From Camelus ferus (taxonomy: Eukaryota), in assembly GCF_009834535.1 (NCBI RefSeq), contig NC_045696.1:78990001-79054000 (forward strand): a stretch of DNA of 64,000 nt, given 5' to 3'. The notes below the pieces were generated by a model that was given only the letters and a program-made list of their open reading frames with translations, did no database searches and was not told the DNA's origin. The translations under genes were made by a program, and so were the position numbers. Position 1 is the stretch's first letter, and each line of letters begins with the position of its first letter. Positions 13,399 through 25,328 of this stretch are shown one piece after another.

Positions 13399-15929
13399 TA
13401 TACTCTATTTAGTGTATCGCCCCTGAATAGGACAGCAACAAACTGAAACTACCAGATGTCCAATTTTTTTATATATTTTCTTCTTATCTTCTGCACTTGA
13501 AACATCATTTGAGGCAGCAAATTCCCTGAATTTGATAAAAACGTTCTCCTCCTTTTACTTTCATCAAATAATTTTCTAAGTAGGTATACAGGCAAACAGA
13601 CATAGACATATGTATATTACACAAAGAAAAATTTTTATCATGTACATCTGAATTTTCTCCTTTTGTTATAAAAACAAAATGTACACATTTGCAAAGACTG
13701 AATTATAAGATGTGAAATACAGATAATCAAATAGACTAAGTACATAGCCATAAATGAAGGAAAAATGTTCGGGGAGGTTAATGAAACTCTCAGTGGAAAC
13801 AGGCCCAATCCTGGATAATCTCATTAAGAGCTTTACTGCAAGTAGTAACAAATTAGCAGTATTATGTATGCGATTTGTATTCAAATTTCCTTTTTATTTT
13901 TCCTGTGAATGCATTTGCTTTGGTCCAACATTTATGGGGAAATGCTTTGATTTTTATCAAATGAATGTTAACACCACCTCAGTGATATGCTGCAGAGAAA
14001 GCACTTGGAGGAAAGACAGATAAAACAGCTAATCCAGACATAAGCTTACAGCTACATCAATTAACCTGTGGGTAGTTATGCTGGTAACTGCATACCGCTC
14101 ACCCACTGACAATGAACCGCTGCCTTATTGGGGGGGTGGGGCTGGTGTGACTGATAATGAGTAGGTATCCTTGTCCCTAATTAGAGGCCGGGCCACACCT
14201 CTGACCACTTCCGTCAAGACTTGATCTCTGTGAAACTGCAGGAGCTATTTCAGTTCCTCTTTACAACTGCTTTCTTTGTAAACCTAGAGCAGAAATTTTT
14301 CCATTATACACTGTGTTTTTATTCACAGCTGGGTACACTGACTCCAAAACACTACATAATTGTGCCCTATATTCATATCAATTGAAATAATTTTGGATTT
14401 AATGATTGACTATTCAAAAGGTTTTATCTGTTTTTAACACAGACTTGCTAGAAACGACTCACGCACATTATATTAATACACAAAAACAATTCTTTGCAGA
14501 TCTAAATCCAAATAATTTTAAAGGCTCCCTTTTGGGCCATGAATATTCTATTTGACAATCTACACTGATCAAATAAATTGAACAACTGCCAAGTATTTGG
14601 TGTGTAGACTGTCCAAAGTTATTCACATTCATTCACTAATTTTTGCTCTGAAGAATAAATATGAATGATTTCTACAAGTGATTTGAGTTCTAAGCAATGC
14701 TCCACTTGAAATTTTGAATAGTTACAAAAATGAAATGATTAAGCCTTTGAAATTCCTTGTCATGAACGGAAATTTCCCATCTGCTTATTAAGAAAACATT
14801 CAGAGAATTGGATAATTACAATCATTTATATGTAGCTAGCATCTTTCTATAGTGGTACTCATAGACCCATTGTCTCATTAACCCTCAAATCATTCCCAGA
14901 GTGGAGAAATGGAAGCCCTTTGAATATTCAAGGGTGGTGAAAGCCACAAGTTATTGGCTAAAAAACTGTACATGTGCACACACACACACGTTTGTTTGTT
15001 TATACTTAATTCACTCCAGGATATTATTCCCAGAAACATGTTGCCTTGCCTTTTAGGGTCATCTATGAAAGTCTCAGAGAGTTTCTAAATACCACTAACA
15101 TGAGTTCTACAAATTCAGTCACATTAAAAAAAATTCTAACAAATATTCTTAATTAAGAAGAGCAATGTTGAGAGTTCCCACTGAAATAATATATATCAAT
15201 AAGTTTTCTCAAAAATTATTACTCCTAACAAAAAACTAAACAATATAAAAGAGACTAGATGGTTTTTCATTGTTATAAGTTCTGTTACTCAAAAAAAAAA
15301 AAAAATTATAAAATACTACTAGAAACCCCATTTCAGGCAAACATAATGATCTTTGGATTTATTTTGGGGTTTCTACATTTAAAATTTATCCATTTTCCAT
15401 TTTAAAACGGATCTCCAATCTACTTTTGTAATCTGGTAGTAGAGATATAGTCATAATCTTATTGTATCCCTTTGGTTCCTAACACTCCAGTTAGGATTAT
15501 TCCCTCTGATTAAGCCTTATAGGTCATCTTTAAGTGTATGTATCCTCTGCAAGAATATAGGAGACCTAGGTAGTAAGCCATTCTGTTGATATTAACACAT
15601 GTATTAATTATTGTGAATTAGTTTACTAGATGAGCTGGCTGTCATCTGGGAATATGGATTGTAAAAGAAAAAAAATGAATCTGCATAAATGAGTGTGATG
15701 GTAGAGGGATCAATGATAAGAGAACTGGCTTTCTTAAGACTAGTTCTCAGGTTCAGAATGAGGAAACACTTTCCCTGTTCTCCCATCAATATTTGAGATG
15801 TTATCTAATTAAAAGCAGAAGCATAAAGGACTGGTGATACCTTGTTCTAAAAAGAATTTACATACTTATTTATTGAGAGTGATATTTGTTGGCATGATTT
15901 GAGTTTATCCATTCATAAAATTAATGTTT

Positions 15930-16200
15930 CTGTATTAATAGAAAACTGAGAGCCTCCAATGGACATGAGGCTACGATAGGTACTGAGGCTAGAAAGACAA
16001 TTTTACATGATGTCTGCCTTCATGGAATTTGTGATTCATTTGGGACCCAGAACAACACTCACGTAGCTCCTGGATCATCTGAAAAGCATTATGATGGAGT
16101 ATTAGGGGATAAAGAAACAGAAAAGAGAGGCACTGATACAGGCAGAGGAATTAGAGAGTTGAATTCAGTTGAAAGAGGGAGGCAGGGGAAGGGCACCTTG
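15930..16200 (-). mobile_element. L2 fragment
   Basis: ggtactgaggcta...gtctgccttcatggaatttgtgattc is antisense L2. Confidence 0.45.
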
Positions 16201-16657
16201 TGTTAGTGTGTTCAGATGAGATTTCAATACATAACCACAATTGCTTTGCCATTTCTCAGCAAAGCAGAAGAAAGGATATGAAACCAAGAGTTCCTAAATC
16301 TCAAATGGCTCCTTAATGTTCTATGTCAGATGTTCTGATTTTCCCTTAATTCTTATCTACACAGAAAAAGAAAGAAGTTAGTCTAACACCAACTGACTGA
16401 TGACAAGCATCTGTGAAGAGGTTAAGAGAAGAATTTCAGCCAACTTAATGAAGCTGCAACCAGTTACTTGCTGTAACCATGCCAGAAGAAAAGGTTAAGA
16501 ATATGTCAAGACAGAATAGAACAAATGCTTATCAATTTGAGAAGAGTTTTATTTTCACTTTTTTTCACTTCAACTATGTTTCCCAAAATAAATAGTTTCC
16601 ATATAATAGAAACTCATACTAAGTGCTATGAAGCAAAAAACAATCATTGGTGTTCAG

Positions 16658-17403
16658 CTTCTGAATTCATTCTACAAGGCTAGCATCACCCTGATAACAA
16701 AACCAAGCAAAGGTATCGCACACAAAATAGAAAATGACAAGCCAGTATCACTGATGAACACAGGTGCAAAAATCATCTACAAAATATTAGCAAACCAAAT
16801 CCAGCAATACACTAAAAAGATCATACACCATGATTATGTGAGATTTATCCCAGGCATGCAAGGATGGTTTACTATCCACAAATCAATTAATGTGATATAC
16901 CATATTAAAAAACTGAGGAATAAAAACCGTACGATCATCTTCATAGATGCAGAAAGAGCTTTTAACAAAATTCAGCATCTATTTATGATTAAAAACTCTC
17001 CACAAAGTGGGTATAGAGGGAACATACTTCATTATTTAAAAAAGGCCATATATGATAAGACCACAGCTAACATCATATGCAACAGTGAAAAGCTAGAAAT
17101 GTTTCCTCTAAAATCAGGAATAAGACAAGGATGACCACTCTCACCACTTTTATTCAACATACTGTTGGAAGTCCTAGCCACAGCAATCAGATAAGAAAAA
17201 GAAACAAAAAGAATCCAAACTGGAAAGGAGGAAGTGAAACTCATTGTTTGCAGATGGCATGATACTATACATAGAAAATCCTAAAGATGCCACCAAAAAA
17301 TTACTAGAGCTCATCAATTAATTCAAAAAAGTTGCAGAATAAAAAAATTAACATACAGAAATCTGTCGCATTCCTGTACACTAACAATGAACTATCAGAA
17401 AGA
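16658..17403 (+). mobile_element. Internal LINE-1 ORF2 fragment (reverse transcriptase domain), pseudogenised
   Basis: Translation [11 protein letters not shown]...[18 protein letters not shown]...FIPGMQGWF...IDAE.AF.KIQH...GIRQG is L1 RT. It has a frameshift near 16990, a stop at 17132-17134, and FADD mutated to FADG (17247-17258). Confidence 0.97.
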
Positions 17404-19489
17404 CTTCTGAGTCCTTTCCCCTAGTACCACATTGATTTCTGAGGCCACAAATCCTTTCTATGCATTGAGCATGAGAAATAGAAGGAATCCATTTCCCTCT
17501 TTCTCTTTGGGATTGGAGATGATGAGAATGATTTCTGACCTCCCTCTAGAGTCCAAAGTGTAAGACCAGCTTTGTCATTTAGACATTTAAATATTAATAG
17601 AAGTTTAATTTGTTAAAATTTTCAAAGGACTGTACATGGGTATTTGCAAATTGCTTTAATACAGCTAAATATACTGAGTAGCTTGAGAAAAATAGCATTG
17701 TCTAGTTGTCTGATTTGGTCTTCTAATTTCAGACTACTCTGAGCTAAGGTCATTGTGAATGTACCAAGTCTGTTATTAAATCTGTGATAGTCTTTGCCAC
17801 CCTTATGATGAGGAGCACCGGATGAATATGTTTGCTATGCAAGTTCTGGGAAATGAAATGCTAATGCCAAATGCAGAGAAACCATTTGCTCTTTACTGCC
17901 CATGCCCTCCTGGAAAATGTATGGGAATAAAGTCACTATGAGCCTCATTTTCTTCAAAGTCATTTGCCAAACTCCCTCAAAGCCTTTCTGAATTCAGTAA
18001 CACTTGTGAAATATCTATTTACTTTCTGATTTGTTGCTACAAAAATAAGGAAAGACATATAACTTACACAGGTAATTAATACTCTATTAAATAATACTTC
18101 TATAATTATATTATTTAAGTGTATTTCAGAAAACTTTATATTATTAGAATATATAGATTGTACTTGATTAAATCGGACCAAGTTGTGTAGAGGACCTTTC
18201 AGGGGTCACCATGGGAGACAGGTGGGAAGGCCAAGTGTGTGGGGTTTCCAGTTCTTCCCCATAACTGTTTTAATCACAGTAGTTCCATTTGATCTATTTT
18301 ATACAAGGGTCCATTAAAAATGTCATATGAAAACCAGTTCTACTGTTAAAAAAATGTTTGAAAATTCACTCCTTGAATGCAGTACTTATAGTAGTTTCTG
18401 CATATGTTATACACACATAATATGTATACATATATAGGCTCTTACACAAGAGAGTGACTCCCCTATCAGGTGTATACAATGCAATTTAGCATACATTGTT
18501 GAAATTGCTAGTGAGTTTTCAGGAAGGTAAGCTACAAGATGTGTGACAACTGCCCCTAATTTAATTTTCATTGGCTACCCATTTGTTACTAAAATTCGAT
18601 TTTTCTTCCTGAACTAAATACAGCTCCATACCTGTGTTACTTTTGTTTCCCACCAAGCACCTCATGACTTTAACTTTTGAAACTTCTTCAGCAGGTTCAA
18701 GGTCTATGTGTCTATTTTTCAGACCCTGTCAAGTTACCCTCATACATTATCTTATCTCAGTCATGTTGCCTGTGAAGAAACAACATGACAAGGGTGCTGA
18801 GGCAGAAAAAGGCTTTTCCAGTCGTAAATCCACAAATGCCCCCAAAAGAAGTCCAGAACATTTGATATGATGGTTGTATGCCTGATGAACTCTCTCTGTG
18901 CCTTGCTGGGGAAGAGAGGAATGACTAGACGCTACAGACAAGTTCCCTCTGATCAGCCTGATCCCTCTGCCTCTTTCCACTCTGATTAGGCTATTACTTT
19001 TCAAAAGGTGGGACCACTGCTGGCCAAGTCCCAGAGCTGCTGAGGTGAAAAAAGTTAAGTCTTTGTGACTGGCTCACCAGGTTTCCCTTTTCTATATGAA
19101 AATATATGTTCAACTCTTTTTTTGTGTGTATGTCAGGCCAAGGAATGTTGAGCAGAAAAGCAATTTGTTTTCCCTTTAACACACAGGGAGAATATTTATC
19201 AAGGCTTAATAGGGTATACAAAGGGAATTCTAAAAAATAAATAGTAGATACTATTGTTTATACCCTCAGGGCAGACTGCCTGAAATAGACAGAAGAACCA
19301 GACTTTGCAGGTTTTAAAGGATAATGTTTGAATGATTGCCAAATTAGAACTAAGTTACGAGAAAAGGATTTGAAGATATGTTGAAAAGCAACTTTGCAAA
19401 TATAAGTCATCATTCTTACAAATTGTAGCTTGGCTCTACAAAGACATATGGAAACCACTGAATCCTAGGATAAGTAAATAAACGCCAAG

Positions 19490-20830
19490 CAGGATTGAGC
19501 ATATGCATGTCACTATGCTAGGAACTGTGACAACTAAGAGAATCCCTGCCCTTCAGGTTTTTCTAATTTAATAGGAGATATCAGCACATAAATAAGAACG
19601 GCGGAAATGGAGACTAGTTAATGCAGATTCTCAGATAAGAGACAAAGGAACATAAGAATGAATAAGAGACTTTCAAAGGAGGAAATCTATGCAGATGTTT
19701 AGAGTGAAGATGAAGGACCTTGATTTGATCCCCAAGTTTACTCTTCGACTAGAAGGTGAATTTAGTCCTTACAAGTTAGGCAGCGCATAGGATGAGCAGG
19801 TGTATTGGAGGGTACAGGGAGGAGAGAAATAACGAATTAAGCTTAAGGCATACTGAGCTGAAATGTTAGCAAACGATCCACAAAGAGATGTTCACCCAAT
19901 AATTAAAGCTACCCAATCCAGTCTTCTGTGATGGTGTCTCTCGACAAATTTGACTTTCACAAAGACACTGTGTATTTTCTCTGTTCCCTTTATTAATTTA
20001 TTCATTTAGTCAATAAGTATTTATTGAATGCCTTCTGTGTAGCAGCTACTCTCATGGAGTACACAGTAAACTGGAGGAGGCACATAACAAATAAACAGAT
20101 AAACAGATACACAATTACAGTGAGATTAATGCAGGAAGGAAAAGAAAAGTGTAGAATAAGCGGAATATGTTTTGGATTTGGAAGTCAGAGACATCTTCTT
20201 GAATGAGGTGACATCTAACCTGAGTTTGTGAAGGAAAAGCCGGGCTGGTCTAACAAGATAACTCACAAGTCTAGGAATGTGAAGGAGAGGCTGGGCTGGG
20301 CTAACAAGATAACTCACAAATCTAAGTATCGGAATACTGATCTGAGTTCTGCTGGACTAACTTGTAAATCTAAGTTAATTAGTGTTGGTTTGCTGTTCCT
20401 GTTTTTTGCTAGCCAGCTAGATTTTCAAAGAGATATATCTGGCTTTGGAATGTTGGTTTGCTGCCTCCCTGCCTCCACTTTTGTGATAATGATGCTGCTA
20501 AAGCTGTTCCATGCCTTTTGGCCGAATACTCCAAGCTCGTACTTTACCCTATAAAACCTCATGCGCACGTCTTGGAGGTGCTCAGAGCTTCGGAGCAGAA
20601 GCCCCTCTGAGCCCACTGGCATAATACATCTGAGTACTCCAACCCTCCGAGTGGTGCTTGTTTCTTGGCTGGCCTGTCGTTTCCATAACAAGATACAAAA
20701 AAATGAGAAGAAGGGGGGCATTCAAAGATTATTTTAGGCAAAAAGAACAGCATGTATATAGATCCTGAGGTCCATAAGAGCTTGTCAGTTTTAGGAACTG
20801 AAGATCCTTGTACTGCATTATGAAACTGGT
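19490..20830 (-). mobile_element. L2 fragments, the second interrupted by an LTR
   Basis: attcatttagtcaataagtatttattgaatgcc (antisense L2 3' end, ~20000) and gaggtgacatctaacctgag; L2-like text resumes after 20690 (aggcaaaaagaacagcatgt). Confidence 0.65.
20227..20690 (+). mobile_element. ERV solo LTR with tandemly duplicated 5' 51 bp
   Basis: TG...CA termini (tgtgaagg...ccataaca), TATAAAA at 20550-20556, AATACA poly(A)-like signal at 20623-20628, retained CpGs, and insertion into an L2. Confidence 0.75.
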
Positions 20831-21329
20831 GGACATGCTAAGTTTGCAATGACAAAGAACTCTAAATGGAGATGTAAATTAAAGTGTGTGCCAGATAAGA
20901 AGCCAATTTTGCCAGTAACCAGAAAGAGGAAGGATGTTTACTAAGAACAAAGGACTCCTTTGAAAAGATAAACATTGTTCTGATTTCCATTTAATTGACA
21001 TCACCCCTTCCCCCATTTTGAAACATCTCATTAAAATGAAGCAGAGCAGGAGTTCAATGAAGAAAGCATAGGAGTACTCTTTCATCAGTGTGGGTCTGCG
21101 CTATGAGACAGGGAAGTTGAAGTCCACGTGAACTTTTGTTGTGATTGAGAAGAGGGAAGCAATGTGTTTAGAAATACTATCTAACAAGGAATGCATATTT
21201 TTAACATCTGCTGTTTCAAATGTGAATGCAAAATTCCATTTGCTGTTTAAAACACAACATAAACCTAGCAATAGCAATTTTCAGAGTGACATTAAGGATT
21301 AATATCAATTTCAATATGCAGTACAACTT

Positions 21330-21500
21330 CACAATTTACAAAAAGCTTTTAACACATGCATTTCTTACAGCAATCTAGTGAAGTAGATGCTACTATTATT
21401 TTTATGAAAGAAGAAACTGAAACTCAGAGAGGAAAAACCGCCTAGGGCATTACACGAGCAGATAAGTAAGACTCAGACATTCCTAAAATCCCACATTTAT
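21330..21500 (-). mobile_element. MIR
   Basis: tactattatttttatgaaagaagaaactgaaactcagagagg is the reverse MIR core. Confidence 0.65.
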
Positions 21501-24500
21501 TCCATGAGACAATTATGCTTCACAATGGAAGTTTCAAGTAGAATTTCTCACAGAGATTTGTTGTAGATTATTAGAAAACGCAACGATCAAATATGAGTCC
21601 AATCAAAATGAAACCCAATGGCTACCTATTAATTCTTGTTAGCATACGGTGTAATAATAAGCCCCATTTAGCACATGGGGACCCCAAGGCAAAGTGACAT
21701 CAAAAGGCTTGAGCTACAAGCCATGTAAGGATCAAGCTGTACGATGGTGACTTCACCTCATAGCTTCCAGTCCCTATAAGAGATAGTAAGTCCTTAAAAT
21801 ACAAATTTTAAAACATTTTAGAAGGAAAACAAAAGGTTGTAACTAACTTTTCATTTGTTTCTACATTATGCTATTTGGAGGATATAATCCATAAATTACT
21901 TTTTAGACAATTCATAAAATGTAAACATTCTAAAAAACTTAAGAAAATATGTAAAATCACCTTGCTAACCCCTAGATTTGGATTTGGGTCACTATAGTTT
22001 TATAATATATTCTGTACTTTATAGAACACTAAGATATTGATCTTTACTCTCTTGGATAATGTTCAGATTTGTACATTTGTGTAATAAAGACAAATTTCCT
22101 CAACTTAATTTCAATGGAAAATAGAATTTCCTTACTTACATTCCAAAACCGTAATACTAATTTTATTATATTTTCCTCTTTAGATATATGAGACTACAGA
22201 GACCATTAGTGAGAAAAAAAAAAAAAGAAGATTTAGGAAACACTTTAGAGTGGGTATATGTTGGAAATGAGAAGAAGCAAAGAGGCTCAATCTTTATATT
22301 ATAATAAAGAGTGAATATTAACTAAATTATTCTGACATTGGCTAAAAGGATTGTCTAAATATTAAAGGTATATCAACTAGCAGAAAACAATTATATTTGA
22401 GGTTTGAACAATTTAATTATAAGTTCAAACTTGGGAAAGAGGCAATCACAATCAAATTCACACCTTAAAGAAATGTTTCTGGGGGTTTCATTTATATCAA
22501 ATAGACTAACGTGCTGCATTAACCTATTACTAGGTATTAGCATTATTGATGAGTTTGTGTGTCACTATTAATCAGTTTGCTTCAGAGAGACAGACTTTTG
22601 TTTTAATTTGTTTTCTTAATTACACTGTGATGTGCCTTTATTTCCTTCCTGTAACCAACATCTCACGTAGAGCTGGGGTGTGTGTTACACCTGCTTAACT
22701 AGGAGCTGTGCCTCTAAGATGCCTCATCCTCTAACAGGCTGTGTGGGATCTTACTTACTAAAAAGCACCATTGTGAAAACACGTACCTTTATTGCTTGCA
22801 CTTATGTAGCCATACCTCGATCTTTGTATCTGGTTAAACTTACTGCAGGTACATATCTCAATTCATCCTTTTCCTTCTCTCCTGCAAAATTCTGTTTGCA
22901 GAAAATAAGGCTCCGTGTTGGCACAATGCCTCTCTGGTTAATGCAAATAAATGGAAGATTGTATTCCTTTAGACCCCTGATGTGCCAGGCAAGGTTAAAG
23001 CTTCATTCTCATAAGAAAACTAAGCTTTTTAAAGCCATCTCAGAGCGTGATTTATTTTTTGCGTTCCGTGTTGTTAGGTATGGTCCCTGGAACTGACTAG
23101 CTCAGGGGAATAACAATGAGCTGTGAGACTGCTCCCTTCTAGAATGCTGGTGCAGATCCAGTTCATCTTGATAACTGGCTTAGGAAATTTGAAGACTTGA
23201 TGGATTAAAGATTGGGGAAAGGGAGATAGAGGACCGAACTGAAGTTAGAAGCCATGGGCCACATTTGAAATGGTAGTTGTCCATAACTTTTGAATAACCA
23301 TAAAGCTGAACGTTCATATTTTCTTTAGGGACCATGACTAGACTAACTATATCTTCATGAGATGACCAGAATTCTCATGTACCAATGTGTACCCAAGTGC
23401 TGGTGTGGCCACACACCTGTGCTCCAGAGACCCACTTCCAGACCTTCTGAAGTGGAGAGAGAGAGAGAGATTGAGAAAGAAAGAAATGTTATCAATAACA
23501 TCACTTTTTGGTTTTTTCTCAAAAATGTGAAACACAGGACCCTGTCATTGGTGTCACTTTGGTTTAGCTTTTCTCAGTTATCACATGCCCGCTTATTCTG
23601 ATAACAGTTTTTAATAAGTAAACACGGCCCAGAGTACTTATGATTAAACGAAATCTTCTGATATGCCAAAATTCTCATTTTACCTTCCACAAAAATTTCT
23701 CTAATTGGGGAAAAAAAGAAAATCTTATCTGTCATACCAGTGGTAACTGCCCTTCATTTTTAATGAAATTATTAACTGTCTGTTTTTCCTGTTATACTTG
23801 TATATTATCCTCTGCATACCCTCTTCCGTCTGGTTTTCCTTACGTGTCTCTCCCAGCCCAGCTACCTCCTTTCATTTGCCAGTCCACTGCTGTCTTAAAA
23901 AGCTCTAAGGAGTCACCTGTTTTCGGTCTCTTCTCAGATCACGTTATAGCACATATTTATGTGGCTACTAGGTACTTGAGGAATGCTTTGCACAAAACAT
24001 ATTAATTTTATTTCTCTTCATACTTTTAAAAATTCAATGCATTTTTTTGTAATTACAGTTTAGATATATTTGTCTGTTCTTTAGTATGTTAAGAGATGTA
24101 AAACCTCAGAGATAGCCAGAGGTTTATTTTTCAACTCATTTTCTCCAGGATTTCCTTAGCACAGTATTCTTAGACTAGATTCAATTAATGTGTTCGCTCT
24201 TCACTTTGGGACTTGGCCACATTTGAGAAGCCTTATAACAGTAGTGATATTATCAAAGTTTAGATGACAGAAAGTGGCAGGGGAACCACTGGTTAGTAAT
24301 TAATGAATTATAAATTGCCTTCATGAATTTAACTGGAATTAGACTGACTTTATAAGGTTTTATAATATATTTTAAATGCAAAAGAAAATCCCCCCAAAAC
24401 AAATGTTATTACTTTTAGAAAACCAGAGTTTAACATGGTCACAAGTATGTTTTCCAGTTCTTAAGGGAAGAAGAAAATAAATTATTTATCAAACTGTGTT

Positions 24501-25194
24501 AAAGAATGATATTTCTGGATTAAAAATGACAATAAGCACAGGATGATTTCTTTGTTAGCTTTAAAGAAGAAAACACTATGAGAGATCAGACATTAGCTTT
24601 GGACTTAACCAGATCCCTGGCTAGATACTACACTATTCTAGCTAAAGAAAATATTCTTGCAACAGACAAAGGTTGAAGGCAAGCTTATTATTAATTCGGG
24701 GTTTTATTTTAAGTAATTAGAAAGTATTTCCCATCCTTAGGTCTAATCCATAAATCACCTTAAGAAATTAAACAAAGATTCACTGAGTGGAAATACATGC
24801 TACAACTGTTGAATAAATACAGAAACCACATGAAACACTGGTAATCAAGACAGAAAGCTATGAAAACAAACAGATGTTTTAAAAGCTTTAAGTAGAGATG
24901 ACCAGTCTTGAAGCCCTTGAGTCATCCATTTGCCAGATTGATTAGAAATCACCACAAATTTCATCTTGGCTTCGCAACTCCAGGCTAATTTCTTTCAAGC
25001 ACCAGGTCATTTAAGATCAGTCATTGCTCTGGGTAGGTCAGAGCTGTCTGGAAAAGAGAAATTCTGCCTCACAGCTTCAGCACTATGCTTCCTCAGGCTA
25101 CCAGCAGATTATGGTCTAGCAATGCATTGAGGTTACGACGTTATTTACAGTTGTGAAAATCTGGAGGAGGAGACAAATATTTTTGAAGGCGAGA

Positions 25195-25328
25195 CATCAC
25201 TTCTCGAACTTTCAACTGAGTAAGAATCACCTGAATGTGTCAGCTTAGGGCCTGAGATTGGCTTTTCTAACCAGCCCCCGGATGATGCCTATGCTGCTGG
25301 TGTGAGGATCACACTTTGAACAGAAAGT
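25195..25328. mobile_element. MER5A-like MITE, internally deleted
   Basis: ttctcgaacttt...agaatcacctg...gggcctgagattggcttttctaaccagc...atgctgctggt...cacactttga. Confidence 0.7.

Noticed and set aside
16628..17134. 168-aa ORF as a functional or novel reverse transcriptase gene
   Set aside because: It is an ordinary L1 ORF2 fragment with a frameshift, a premature stop and a mutated FADD motif; its ATG comes from flanking DNA.
20227..20328. Direct repeats as a CRISPR-like array
   Set aside because: Only two adjacent units with no spacers, in a mammalian LTR context.
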